Source: a virus
Taxonomy: Duplodnaviria; Caudoviricetes
Reading direction: 5' to 3' (one strand)
Length of the DNA stretch: 42,161 bases
IMG/VR virus record: IMGVR_UViG_3300031965_000066
Span: 1 to 42,161 of that record
The notes below the pieces were generated by a model. The model did not search any database. It worked only from the letters and a program-made list of their open reading frames with translations, and was not told where the DNA came from. Below, piece by piece: positions 33,034 through 42,161 of the stretch; the stretch's first letter is position 1, and each line of letters starts with the position of its first letter. Made by a program: the position numbers and the translations under genes.

Positions 33034-34149
33034 ATGGCTGTATTTCCTAGTGCGGTGGCCGCAGATTCCGATTTGTATGTCGCCGTCAATGCTACTTCAA
33101 CACAATTAACTGATAATCCATTGACAGATAGTGCCACGACTGTTAACGTCGTGTCAACAACGGGATTTCCGAGTACTGGTTTTATTTCAATTGACAATGA
33201 GATAATTCATTATACAGGAATTACCTCGACTTCTTTCACCGGATGTACGCGAGGTGCAGACGGCACAATTGCGGCCTCACACGTTCAAAACAGTCAGGTT
33301 TTTCATAATGTTATCGCGGCTCATCATAATGCACTAAAAGAAGAAGTAAAGGCCATAGAACAAAACCTCTCTGATAGAATCGGTTTAAGTTCTACACAAC
33401 TCTTACCGCCGGTTGGCTCAGCAGGGGCACCTTCTTTCTCTTTTATTGGTGATACCGATACAGGTATTTATCGTGGTGCGGCAGATACTTTAAATTTTAC
33501 AACGAATGGAATCAATCGAATAACTTTAGATACTGCTTCTTTGGTCTCGACGTTACCAATTTTAACTCCAAATGGATTAGTATCTGCAATAGCTGTTGGT
33601 CCTTCTGCTGAATCAAATACGGGCCTTTATTTTACTACTGGAAATCTACGTTTTGCTGTAACTGGCGTCCAACAGTTTCAGTTATCTTCCGCTGCGGCTT
33701 TTGTACATGCAGGACAACTTCTCATTCAAGATGGTACAAATACTGTTCCAGGATTTTCTTTTATTGGAGATTTAGATACTGGTATCTATAGAATTGGTCC
33801 TAATGAAATTGGTTTTGCCGCCGGCTCTGGTGCTAGATTTAGAATATTTCAAGGAGTTTTTTCTCCGGTTCCAGGATCAGGAAGTGTTATTAGACTAGAA
33901 GATGGAAGTGCAACTAGTCCCGCATTAAGTTTTACGAATGATACCGATACAGGTCTTAGTGATACAGTTGCCAATAGATTAGACCTGATTAGCGGCGGTG
34001 TAAGAGCCTTATCAGTCGATTCGAGTGTCACGGCTGCTGATATACGTCTCTTGGTTTTTGATGTAACAGCGGGAACAATAGTTCGAGTCAGTCGCGGTGA
34101 CGTAGATTCTGGCGGTACGAATTTTCGAGTTTTAAGAATTCCAAATTAA
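33034..34149 (+). CDS. Tail fibre protein with four G..P.FSF..D.DTG.Y repeats
   Basis: IDNEIIHY...RGADGT N-domain followed by tandem ~50-aa repeats. Confidence 0.8.
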   Translation: MAVFPSAVAADSDLYVAVNATSTQLTDNPLTDSATTVNVVSTTGFPSTGFISIDNEIIHYTGITSTSFTGCTRGADGTIAASHVQNSQVFHNVIAAHHNALKEEVKAIEQNLSDRIGLSSTQLLPPVGSAGAPSFSFIGDTDTGIYRGAADTLNFTTNGINRITLDTASLVSTLPILTPNGLVSAIAVGPSAESNTGLYFTTGNLRFAVTGVQQFQLSSAAAFVHAGQLLIQDGTNTVPGFSFIGDLDTGIYRIGPNEIGFAAGSGARFRIFQGVFSPVPGSGSVIRLEDGSATSPALSFTNDTDTGLSDTVANRLDLISGGVRALSVDSSVTAADIRLLVFDVTAGTIVRVSRGDVDSGGTNFRVLRIPN

Positions 34150-34150
34150 A

Positions 34151-34699
34151 ATGCAATATAATGAGTCTGTATATAATGGTGATTCGTATAATCTCACAAA
34201 TTACAATGTTAATTTGGTTGAAATAATTATATCGACAGATGCCGATGTTTTAAAGATGTTATCTATGCTTCGGGTTGATTCACAAGGCACGGCAGATACT
34301 ATCGGGGGAAGTGCAACTCTTCAAGCCTTTCTAGAAACCGTCACAATCTATCAACGGGCACATACACCGTTTGCTTATAATAACGGTATGTATAACCAAT
34401 TCATGTACAACGCTCGCGCAGATGAAGACGAAATTCTCTTGGCGGCGACTAAAGCTTTAGAGGATAACATTATCTCCGTTGATACTCTTGGGGATTTTCT
34501 CACTGATAAATTATTATCAGAAACCGTACCAAACGTCGATACTCTTGTGTTTTCCGGTGATTTTCTCTTTCAGGACTTTCTTTTCTTAAGTGAATTCCAC
34601 CGAATCGAAATTACGAATAAAGCTCTAGACGACACTCTGCGTCTCGCAGATTGGTTAGCTATTGAGCGAAATCCAGTAAACAATGAGTGGTTTAATTAA
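34151..34699 (+). CDS. Acidic tail-associated protein
   Basis: Repeated YN-x-x-x-YN motifs; coupled to the nozzle gene. Confidence 0.65.
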   Translation: MQYNESVYNGDSYNLTNYNVNLVEIIISTDADVLKMLSMLRVDSQGTADTIGGSATLQAFLETVTIYQRAHTPFAYNNGMYNQFMYNARADEDEILLAATKALEDNIISVDTLGDFLTDKLLSETVPNVDTLVFSGDFLFQDFLFLSEFHRIEITNKALDDTLRLADWLAIERNPVNNEWFN

Positions 34700-37600
34700 T
34701 GGAAAAACTCACAGTTCATATTGCACCAGAAGATTGGGGTCATTTAATTACTAAGTATAATGCTAATAGTAAAAAAGTCACATTAGCAGATTTCACGGAT
34801 GGAACTGTAAACGTTGAAACTGACGTGACGGGCGCACTTACGAAACGAAAAGGTGGCCCAAACTACAATACTGTTCTTTTAGCAGCCGCACCAAAAGATC
34901 AATTTGAGGCAATTTTCTCGGATGGAACGCGCCATCTTTTAGTTGTGCAAAGTGGCGAAATTAAATATTCTTCTGGTGATACGATTTTTAATACGGTTGT
35001 AAACGGAACAGGATTTAGTGCATCTGGAAATTTTGAATTCGCTACAACGCAGGATCGTGTTTACGGGGGAAACGGCATAAATGCTCCCATTGTATATGAC
35101 CGCAGTACATTATATGGCGGCGTGGCTTATACGGCTCCTCAAATTAAAACAATGGGCGCACAAGCTTCAAGCACGGCTCCTACGGCAGGTACACCAACAG
35201 CCGGTGGTTCTGTGCCAGATGGAGCGCATACCTATAAAATTACTTTTCTATATTATGATTCTGAAGAAAGCAACGGAAGTCCGGCGTCTGGTGTTCAAAC
35301 TGCCGGAGCCGGAAATAATACGATACCCCTCACTGATATTCCAATTGGTGGTTATGGTGTTACTGCCCGTAAAATTTATCGGGATAATAATGACGGCTTA
35401 TGGCTGCATATTGCCACCCTCACAAATAATACAGCTATCACATTCAATGATACAATAGATGTAGGTGTAACACCTACAGAAATTCCTGAATTCAATAACG
35501 TCCCGCCAAGTTTTTCACAAATTACGTTATGGCTAGATCAATTATGGCTTTCCGGCGTTCCCGGTGATCCTTCTGTTCTATTTTTTAGTGATACGTCCAT
35601 GCCAGATATCTTTCCCGGTTCAAATCAAATTATTTGTAATCAGGAAGACCCGATCACGGCTCATATTGTTTATTTTAACCGATTAATTGTTTTTAATCGG
35701 CGATCCATGGGTCAAATTCTCGGAAAAACATCTGATACCTATCGCTACGCGGCTATTCCCAGTTCGATAGGGTGCGTAGATAATCGCTCACTTCAAATTC
35801 GTGTAGTTGAAGGTGTGCCAATTTTAATTTGGTTATCAGATCGCGGATTTTATAGTTATGATGGCAACGCGATAAATTATATTTCTGATGAAATTGAAGA
35901 TTTAGTCAATTTTAATATACAACAGGCTTTACAGCAGAAAAATTCTATATCGCAATCGTCTTTTGGTGGAACGGCTGATGACGGAATTGACGCGACCCAG
36001 TTGTCCTCTTTAATAACCACACGCGGATATTTAAACGGAACTTCCGTCCTTGGAAATAATCCACGACGAAATTGGGATGACCAAGGTGATTGGGAGGGTG
36101 GTTCTGTAAATACGAATACGCGAACAAAAGATGCGGATCAAGCTCTTAGAGGTCCTACAAAATTTGCTGTAACATCGTTCGCAGATGGAATTCATGCCGG
36201 AACAGAAGGAACAAACTCTTTAGTCCTTCCTACTTCAACCGATGTAGCAGGTCAATCAAATTTAGGTGCCGTTAGTTCTTTATCGGGTGGAATAGGTTTG
36301 TCTGAGAATCCTTTAGCTTTTGCACAACCTATATCACGAATACGCGCTGGAACTGTAAATTTTATCAGTATAAGAGTTTTATTTGGCGGATCATCACGCC
36401 AACTTCGATTAAAAATTTGGAATAGTGTTGGTGGAATACCAGGGACGGCTATCTTTACAGGAGGCGTTGAAACTCTACTGGCGGATACTACATTTACAGC
36501 ATCACCATCAGTTGTTTTATCTGCTGGACAAACATATTGGATAGGTTATCAACTTGTTGGAACGCCCGGAAGTGGAGGAACAGCCTTAGGAGACGTTTCA
36601 ACTTCAACATTTGGCGCGGGAATTTATAGAATTTTTAACGGGGGGTCGTGGAAACTTCCTGCTGATTTTGGCTGGACGGGAACTGGAACAATCTCCTCTA
36701 AATCATTAAAAATATCATATTCTTTTTGTGCCAGTGCGATTCCAAAATCTGGAATTTGGACTTCTGTAATTTATGATTCTCTATCAGCCTTTATTGCAGC
36801 AGGTTTAGCTATTACTCATACCGGTACATATTCTGGGACGGCTCAATGTTCAGGAACACCTACTTTAATAGGTCAAACAACTATAGAAGGTAGCGATATT
36901 GCAAATTTTGCCGGAGGTGCCCAAGTTTCTCAAACGATAAATAACGTAAGTGGTACTTCTCCCTTAACTATATCAGGAAAGCGATATTGGCGTATAAAGA
37001 TTCTTCTGACCACAACGGATGATCGCGTTTCACCAACCACAGGTCTTCCTGTTCTTACGTTTTCTACGACGGCAACATGGGAATCAGAATCGATTGATAC
37101 AACGCTTCAAAGCGTAGCGTACGATTCTCTGATAGTTACGAGTCTTACACCTAGCGGAACATCTGTAACCGTGCAAATTGCAACGTCCGCCAGTACAAGC
37201 GGTCCATGGGCAGGAAGTGGAAACGCCGATGGTGAATTTGGTCCGTTCGGAAGTCACATCGTTCGTCAATTTATTCGGATTCGCTTGATAATCACGACAG
37301 ACACAACAAATACAACAACCGCGAGTGTATCTTCAGTAATATTAAGATGGACATTAACAGCGCAGTATACGTCAACGATTATCGATACCGCCGTTAATCC
37401 TCCTGCCGGTTGGGATTTATTTTTATCCGATTTTACCACAAACGGCGGAATCGTCATCTTTGAAATGCGGTCGGCTACAACATCCGGCGGTATTCCTGCG
37501 GCTACGTTTTTCGCCGTTACACCAGGAGATTTTCCGACAGGTGTTGCACCCAATCAATTTACACAATGGCGCGTGACTATAACTTCGAGCGACGAAGATG

Positions 37601-38259
37601 TGCCCGTTGTCGAATCAGTGACCGTACAATGGTTTATTTCGACCGTTAGTTCTTTACGCCCGGCGTCTATATTTGTAGATGGACGATACTATATTGCTTT
37701 AGCAGAAGTTGGTAGTCTTGTGAATAATATTCTTTTACAAATTGACTTAAATGGAAAGTGGAGACGCCTTGCGGATTTATCAATCGCAACATTTTCTTTT
37801 TTCTTTAATCGACCATACTTTGGTCTGGCAACAAGCGGTCAAATTCGTAAGTTTTTAGACGGAATTACAGACGCCGGAGTTGCCATCCGGTTTGATTGGC
37901 GCACGAAAGCTATTGATTTTAGTACCAAGTTTCAAGAAAATTCATCCAAAGTAAAAGTTGTGGGGGAAGTGATTTTACAAGGGCGAAATACTGGGGCCGC
38001 TTTTGAGGTTTTTTATTCGGTAGACGCCGGTATAACGTTTATTCCGATGGTTACGAGCGAGGGATTATCCACCTATACTTCTTCAACAGACGGAAAAACA
38101 TTTTTTGTTCGCCTTCGCCCTTTATGGGACGGTTCAAATTCAATAACCGGTCGCACAATTATGTATCGCGTCTTTAATTATGATATAAATGAAGTAGAAC
38201 TTGATAACTTACAAAGCACGGCTTTCTTGCGACAGCAAGCTCCCGTCAGCACAGGATAA
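34699..38259 (+). CDS. Tail nozzle / tubular protein B-like (P22 gp10-type) with inserted beta-sandwich domains
   Basis: GALTKRKG N-terminal motif, propeller-like repeats (IGCV, WLS-RGFY-YDG, IS-EI), central insertion. Confidence 0.75.
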   Translation: MEKLTVHIAPEDWGHLITKYNANSKKVTLADFTDGTVNVETDVTGALTKRKGGPNYNTVLLAAAPKDQFEAIFSDGTRHLLVVQSGEIKYSSGDTIFNTVVNGTGFSASGNFEFATTQDRVYGGNGINAPIVYDRSTLYGGVAYTAPQIKTMGAQASSTAPTAGTPTAGGSVPDGAHTYKITFLYYDSEESNGSPASGVQTAGAGNNTIPLTDIPIGGYGVTARKIYRDNNDGLWLHIATLTNNTAITFNDTIDVGVTPTEIPEFNNVPPSFSQITLWLDQLWLSGVPGDPSVLFFSDTSMPDIFPGSNQIICNQEDPITAHIVYFNRLIVFNRRSMGQILGKTSDTYRYAAIPSSIGCVDNRSLQIRVVEGVPILIWLSDRGFYSYDGNAINYISDEIEDLVNFNIQQALQQKNSISQSSFGGTADDGIDATQLSSLITTRGYLNGTSVLGNNPRRNWDDQGDWEGGSVNTNTRTKDADQALRGPTKFAVTSFADGIHAGTEGTNSLVLPTSTDVAGQSNLGAVSSLSGGIGLSENPLAFAQPISRIRAGTVNFISIRVLFGGSSRQLRLKIWNSVGGIPGTAIFTGGVETLLADTTFTASPSVVLSAGQTYWIGYQLVGTPGSGGTALGDVSTSTFGAGIYRIFNGGSWKLPADFGWTGTGTISSKSLKISYSFCASAIPKSGIWTSVIYDSLSAFIAAGLAITHTGTYSGTAQCSGTPTLIGQTTIEGSDIANFAGGAQVSQTINNVSGTSPLTISGKRYWRIKILLTTTDDRVSPTTGLPVLTFSTTATWESESIDTTLQSVAYDSLIVTSLTPSGTSVTVQIATSASTSGPWAGSGNADGEFGPFGSHIVRQFIRIRLIITTDTTNTTTASVSSVILRWTLTAQYTSTIIDTAVNPPAGWDLFLSDFTTNGGIVIFEMRSATTSGGIPAATFFAVTPGDFPTGVAPNQFTQWRVTITSSDEDVPVVESVTVQWFISTVSSLRPASIFVDGRYYIALAEVGSLVNNILLQIDLNGKWRRLADLSIATFSFFFNRPYFGLATSGQIRKFLDGITDAGVAIRFDWRTKAIDFSTKFQENSSKVKVVGEVILQGRNTGAAFEVFYSVDAGITFIPMVTSEGLSTYTSSTDGKTFFVRLRPLWDGSNSITGRTIMYRVFNYDINEVELDNLQSTAFLRQQAPVSTG

Positions 38260-38262
38260 TCT

Positions 38263-38496
38263 ATGCCGCGCACACAACCAAATCCGGTAGGTAATGATCT
38301 TAAAAGTTCTGTTGTTCAGCAAAATCTGGAAGAACTTTTTGAACTGGCGCACGATCATTCTGTCCGGGCATCTTTACCGGCTGTTTCAGATGGCGCACCT
38401 GGCGATATGATCGTAGTTGACGACGGGACTGACATTTTTTTATGTATAAAAACTTCTCGCGGCTGGTTTAGAACTACCGCATTAGTAGCATTTTAA
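38263..38496 (+). CDS. Small tail-associated protein
   Basis: P...G...GD...L-x-x-K-x-x-x-GW pattern following the nozzle gene. Confidence 0.65.
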   Translation: MPRTQPNPVGNDLKSSVVQQNLEELFELAHDHSVRASLPAVSDGAPGDMIVVDDGTDIFLCIKTSRGWFRTTALVAF

Positions 38497-38508
38497 TAGG
38501 AGGTTGAT

Positions 38509-39468
38509 ATGGGACTATTTTCTAAGCCTAAAATACCAGGAATTGATACGGCGGCATTGACGCGTATTGCAGAACAAAATGCTGCCATGCAAAGAGATAT
38601 TCTAGGGCGGCGCAAAGCGGCGTTAGAGCCCCTTAGCGCAAAATTTGGCACAGATCGTGCAGCTTTCAGCGCACAAATCGAACCGGGCGCAGAAAACCTA
38701 TTAAACCGATACGCCACAGATGTTCAAGGTGTTGGCGCGATGGAACGCGATGCTAATCGGAGTGCCGTTATCGGACAACGTGAACAATCTTTTCGAGGCG
38801 TTCCAGAAATGCAACGCGCTATTCGCGAATCTCTTGGTGGAGGTGGTCTTTTGCGATCAGGAGCGGCAGCAAGCCAAATTGCTAATCCAATTTTAGACGC
38901 GGCGCGTTCATCCCGTGACTTCTCAACCAATTTAGAAACCTCTCAACTTACACGGGAAGGTCAGCGTGCGGAAGGACTTGCCACGACGGGATTCAATACT
39001 CGCACCGCCGCTTTAAATAAACGTCTTGGTGTTGACGAACAAACTCTTAACACGCTTGCCTCGATTGGCCGGGAAGATTTACTTGCTGAATACCAAGATT
39101 TGGCTGGAATTGAAGGAGAGTTGGGTCAATCTCGCTTTGGGATTGAACAAACTCGTCAAGCAAATGAAATTGAACGGGCGAAAGCATCTGCGGCTCGTCG
39201 CGGACAAATTCTTTCGACCCTCGGCACGGCTGCGGGTACAGGCGTAGGATTTCTGGCCGGTGGCCCTATTGGAGCCGGACTTGGTGCGCAGCTTGGTGGA
39301 TCACTTGGAAATTTAGCCGGTGGTGGAACGGGTGGACAATTTGACCCAACTCTTCTTTTAGCTTTAGCCCAGCAACGCAGAAATAATGTTCGAGGATCAC
39401 TTGGTACAAATATCGGTGGGGGTCGATCAACTTACGACCTTCCGTTATATTCGCAACCAATATCGTAA
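38509..39468 (+). CDS. Internal virion / DNA ejection protein
   Basis: Ala/Gly/Gln-rich helical; glycine-zipper GAGLGAQLGG. Confidence 0.7.
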   Translation: MGLFSKPKIPGIDTAALTRIAEQNAAMQRDILGRRKAALEPLSAKFGTDRAAFSAQIEPGAENLLNRYATDVQGVGAMERDANRSAVIGQREQSFRGVPEMQRAIRESLGGGGLLRSGAAASQIANPILDAARSSRDFSTNLETSQLTREGQRAEGLATTGFNTRTAALNKRLGVDEQTLNTLASIGREDLLAEYQDLAGIEGELGQSRFGIEQTRQANEIERAKASAARRGQILSTLGTAAGTGVGFLAGGPIGAGLGAQLGGSLGNLAGGGTGGQFDPTLLLALAQQRRNNVRGSLGTNIGGGRSTYDLPLYSQPIS

Positions 39469-39479
39469 GGAGATTTTAT

Positions 39480-40496
39480 ATGGCTACTCAATTAGACCAA
39501 GAATTAATCCGCCGTATGCTTAATGCCCAAGCAAATCCGGTTGCAGATTTTGATCCGACTCAAATCACGCAAGCCGTCAGTGGCGGAATTAATCTGGCGG
39601 ATACCATTCAATCCCGCAAACAAGGTCAAGAAGATCGCATTAGTGCGCTTAAAGAGAAAATTAAAGCTGCTAAAAAGGAAGCCGAGCAAGCTCAACGCGT
39701 TCAAGATTTTCGAGTAAGCGGAACTCCTGAGGCTGCGAGAAGTGCCTATCCTGATATCGCGGGAAAAGAACTTCTTAGTACCCCTGCACCGAAACCATCG
39801 TCATTTTCAAAAGTTGGCGAAACTACTGATGAAATTATTTTGGCTGATTTGGCTGATCCAACTCGCGAACACCGAATTAAAGCACCCGGTATTGGTGGAA
39901 GTGGAAAAGAAGAAGCAAAATATCAAGCTAAAATTCGACAGGAGGCACCAAAGGCGAAATTATCTTTAGATGATGCTATTCGCGAATATAATAATATGAT
40001 TACGTTGGCCGAATCAATAAAAACCGATCCCGCGTTACCATTCGCTACTGGATTACCGGGAGTTCTGGGTGGACGAATCCCTGGAATACCACCTCGACGA
40101 CCTACTGCTCAACTCGAAACACTTAAATCAAAAGTTCTTTTGAATGTTTTATCGGCATTAAAACAACTAAGCGCGACAGGAGCTACTGGCTTTGGACAAC
40201 TTTCAAACATAGAAGGTGAAAATATCCGCCAAAGTGTAGCAACCTTAGATCGTGGGCTTCAAACTGGTGATTTTAAACAGTCTCTTGATTCATTTCAGGC
40301 TGAAATGAAGGCTCGAAAAGAAACCCTAAAACGCGCTTACGAAGATACTTATGGAGAGGTCGCGCCTGATGCTCCGGCATCTAATATCAACTTATTATCG
40401 ACCGGGATTCCCGGTGAAACAGGCGGTTTAGATGCCGCAAAAGCCGCTAGATTAGCCGAATTACGAGCAAAACGCGACGCGGGAACGTTGAGGTAA
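39480..40496 (+). CDS. Internal virion / DNA ejection protein
   Basis: Helical; GFGQLSNIEG motif common to ejection proteins. Confidence 0.7.
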   Translation: MATQLDQELIRRMLNAQANPVADFDPTQITQAVSGGINLADTIQSRKQGQEDRISALKEKIKAAKKEAEQAQRVQDFRVSGTPEAARSAYPDIAGKELLSTPAPKPSSFSKVGETTDEIILADLADPTREHRIKAPGIGGSGKEEAKYQAKIRQEAPKAKLSLDDAIREYNNMITLAESIKTDPALPFATGLPGVLGGRIPGIPPRRPTAQLETLKSKVLLNVLSALKQLSATGATGFGQLSNIEGENIRQSVATLDRGLQTGDFKQSLDSFQAEMKARKETLKRAYEDTYGEVAPDAPASNINLLSTGIPGETGGLDAAKAARLAELRAKRDAGTLR

Positions 40497-40501
40497 CACT
40501 T

Positions 40502-41518
40502 ATGGCACTTACAGAAGCCGAAGAACTTGAACTTTTAGAACTTGAGGAGACTGAGGCCCTCACAGGAGGCCAAACCCCTCTAGAATCGAATCCTCCGTCG
40601 AAAACACGACGTTTCCTAGGTGGGACGGTCCAGGCTTTGCCGTTTGTTGGTGGAATTAGTGGAGATATTGCGGGAGGACCAGTCGGAGCGGCTCTTGGTG
40701 CGGCGGCTGGAACTGGCTATAAACAATTGATACAGAGAGGTTTAGAAGCAGAAACGCCGGGACAATTTTTTACTGATCCAACAATTGGACCAACCGCCGG
40801 TGAAGCAGCTAAGGAAATGGCTTTGGCGGGTGGTACGGCGGCTCTTACAAGCGGAGTTTTTCGAGGTATTGGAAAAGGAGCGAAAGCTATAAAAAAGCTC
40901 GCTACAAAACCTAGCGCGGCGGAAGTACGAATTACAAATCAAGAAGCGTTACAAGCTCTCGCGGCAAAAGGCGGGGATGAATTAGCTGCTTTGCGCGAAA
41001 TAACTGGAAAAGCAAAATCCGCATTAATTAAAGCCGAAGAAAAAGCAGGACTTCATTTTCGCACATCTGAGGGGTTTGAACGCGCCCTTTCCAGTCCTCA
41101 AACAATAGCAAAAGTAAATACAATTGCTACTCGCTTAGCAGACCGTGGATCAAAATACATATCAGAAAACCTGAACCCAAAAGAAATTCAATCATTACGG
41201 AAATTCCTCCAAGAAGCTGAAAAGAAAAGCGGTTTAAGCGATATCGCAAAATCTGAAATGCGCCGAGCTAAAGGTAAGTTAGTAGAGTCTTTAAAACTTC
41301 AAAAACCAGAAGTTGTAATGCCGTTAGATGATCTTGCGGCGGCTAAACTCGCTGAAAAACAATTCCCAAAGGTTCTGAGGGAACGCCTCTCGTCTCAACG
41401 TATAAAAGGCGGGAAAGATGTTCTTGAAGGTATAAAATTTGATAAGCGCAGAAAAGTTTTAAAAGCTCTCGCGGCAGCCGGTGCTGCTGGTACTGGTCTT
41501 GGCTTTTTTCTAAGGTAA
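40502..41518 (+). CDS. Internal virion / DNA ejection protein
   Basis: Acidic MALTEAEELELLELE start, glycine zippers, basic helical body. Confidence 0.65.
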   Translation: MALTEAEELELLELEETEALTGGQTPLESNPPSKTRRFLGGTVQALPFVGGISGDIAGGPVGAALGAAAGTGYKQLIQRGLEAETPGQFFTDPTIGPTAGEAAKEMALAGGTAALTSGVFRGIGKGAKAIKKLATKPSAAEVRITNQEALQALAAKGGDELAALREITGKAKSALIKAEEKAGLHFRTSEGFERALSSPQTIAKVNTIATRLADRGSKYISENLNPKEIQSLRKFLQEAEKKSGLSDIAKSEMRRAKGKLVESLKLQKPEVVMPLDDLAAAKLAEKQFPKVLRERLSSQRIKGGKDVLEGIKFDKRRKVLKALAAAGAAGTGLGFFLR

Positions 41519-41527
41519 GGAGCTATC

Positions 41528-41758
41528 ATGCCCCGAAACGACATACAAAAATTAATTTTGACAGAAATAAAAGAACTCAAAGCCGAAATTAAAGAAGTTC
41601 GACAAACAGATATCCCGAATCTTCGCACCGCCGTTGGTGTCTTTAAAACAGAAATTGCCACAATAAAAGAGAAAGTTTCAATAAGGTCTACAATTATCAC
41701 AACAATCGGAGGTTTACTCGCGGTCGCAACGTCCATGGCTGTCGCATATTTAAGGTAA
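41528..41758 (+). CDS. Coiled coil plus C-terminal TM protein (holin/XhlA-like candidate)
   Basis: AGGAG RBS; IITTIGGLLAVATSMAVAYL TM segment. Confidence 0.65.
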   Translation: MPRNDIQKLILTEIKELKAEIKEVRQTDIPNLRTAVGVFKTEIATIKEKVSIRSTIITTIGGLLAVATSMAVAYLR

Positions 41759-41773
41759 TATGGGTGACATGCT

Positions 41774-41992
41774 ATGTTTCGTTCAAAAAACGATTTTGAA
41801 ATGGCCCAATGCCCTGTGTGCAAGGCTTTATTTGGGCAACGCGATAAAACCGTTTTTTTCAAAGCACATTGTGCTGAATGTCGCGCTACTTTTTGGTGGA
41901 AACCTTGGGCGGAACGTCCTAATGCGGTTTTAGATTTTTACAAACCGCCTAGACGTTATTGTGGCCCAAAAGGATGTGTTTGCAGAGATTAA
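41774..41992 (+). CDS. Zn-ribbon protein
   Basis: CPVC...CAEC and C-x4-C-x-C. Confidence 0.7.
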   Translation: MFRSKNDFEMAQCPVCKALFGQRDKTVFFKAHCAECRATFWWKPWAERPNAVLDFYKPPRRYCGPKGCVCRD

Positions 41993-42161
41993 GTTAATCT
42001 GAGAACTTGTGATTCAAGAACAATGTGTACCCCAAAAAAAAATAACTGGGTCAAAGATATCTCTCTTAATCGGCGAATCTTCGACTAATTCCAAAAAATC
42101 TTTCTCACTTAAAATAACAACTGTCGGTTTTCTGCCTTTCATTTTTTCCTCTACCAAAACC
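41968..42161 (+). repeat. Terminal direct repeat copy 2
   Basis: Matches 1-193 with one extra A. Confidence 0.95.

Larger units (their letters stand above)
1..42161. mobile_element. Complete tailed dsDNA phage genome (podovirus-like, probably lytic)
   Basis: TerS/TerL, portal, scaffold, capsid, tail and ejection genes on +; replication genes on -; ends overlap; no host-like flanks or integrase. Confidence 0.95.

Noticed and set aside
1-42161. Alternative genetic code or stop-codon reassignment
   Set aside because: Core genes are full length under the standard code and coding density is high
1-42161. Apparent abundance of CGCG/GCGC words
   Set aside because: Impression only; needs Markov-normalised k-mer counts that I cannot run

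Overview
The window is an apparently complete ~42 kb dsDNA tailed phage genome of podovirus-like architecture. Bases 1-193 recur at 41968-42161, so the unit length is about 41,967 bp. Two arms diverge from a control region at ~20.3-20.6 kb. The leftward (-) arm is driven by three near-consensus sigma70 promoters. It encodes many small early proteins (including a SAM-lyase-like protein), a 3D-domain hydrolase, a LuxR/sigma-r4 HTH protein, a 3TM holin, a probable SSB, a PD-(D/E)XK exonuclease, a Prim-Pol/helicase, a family A DNA polymerase (Leu762 type), HNH and RNase H-fold nucleases, an exported trypsin-like protease and an M23 peptidase. The rightward (+) arm encodes TerS, TerL, portal, scaffold, an N4-gp56-like major capsid protein, beta-rich structural proteins, tail adaptor, fibre, a large tail nozzle and three ejection-type proteins. 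I found no integrase, CI repressor, RNA polymerase, tRNA or CRISPR array. The best candidate for an undescribed system is a tightly packed, mostly translationally coupled cassette between helicase and polymerase: a micro-peptide, an NDT/Rcl-like N-glycosidase, a DUF6899-like protein and a Zn-finger-fused dATP/dGTP diphosphohydrolase. It could edit or destroy a specific dNTP and has no PurZ partner. All family calls come from motif recognition by eye; no database searches were run.
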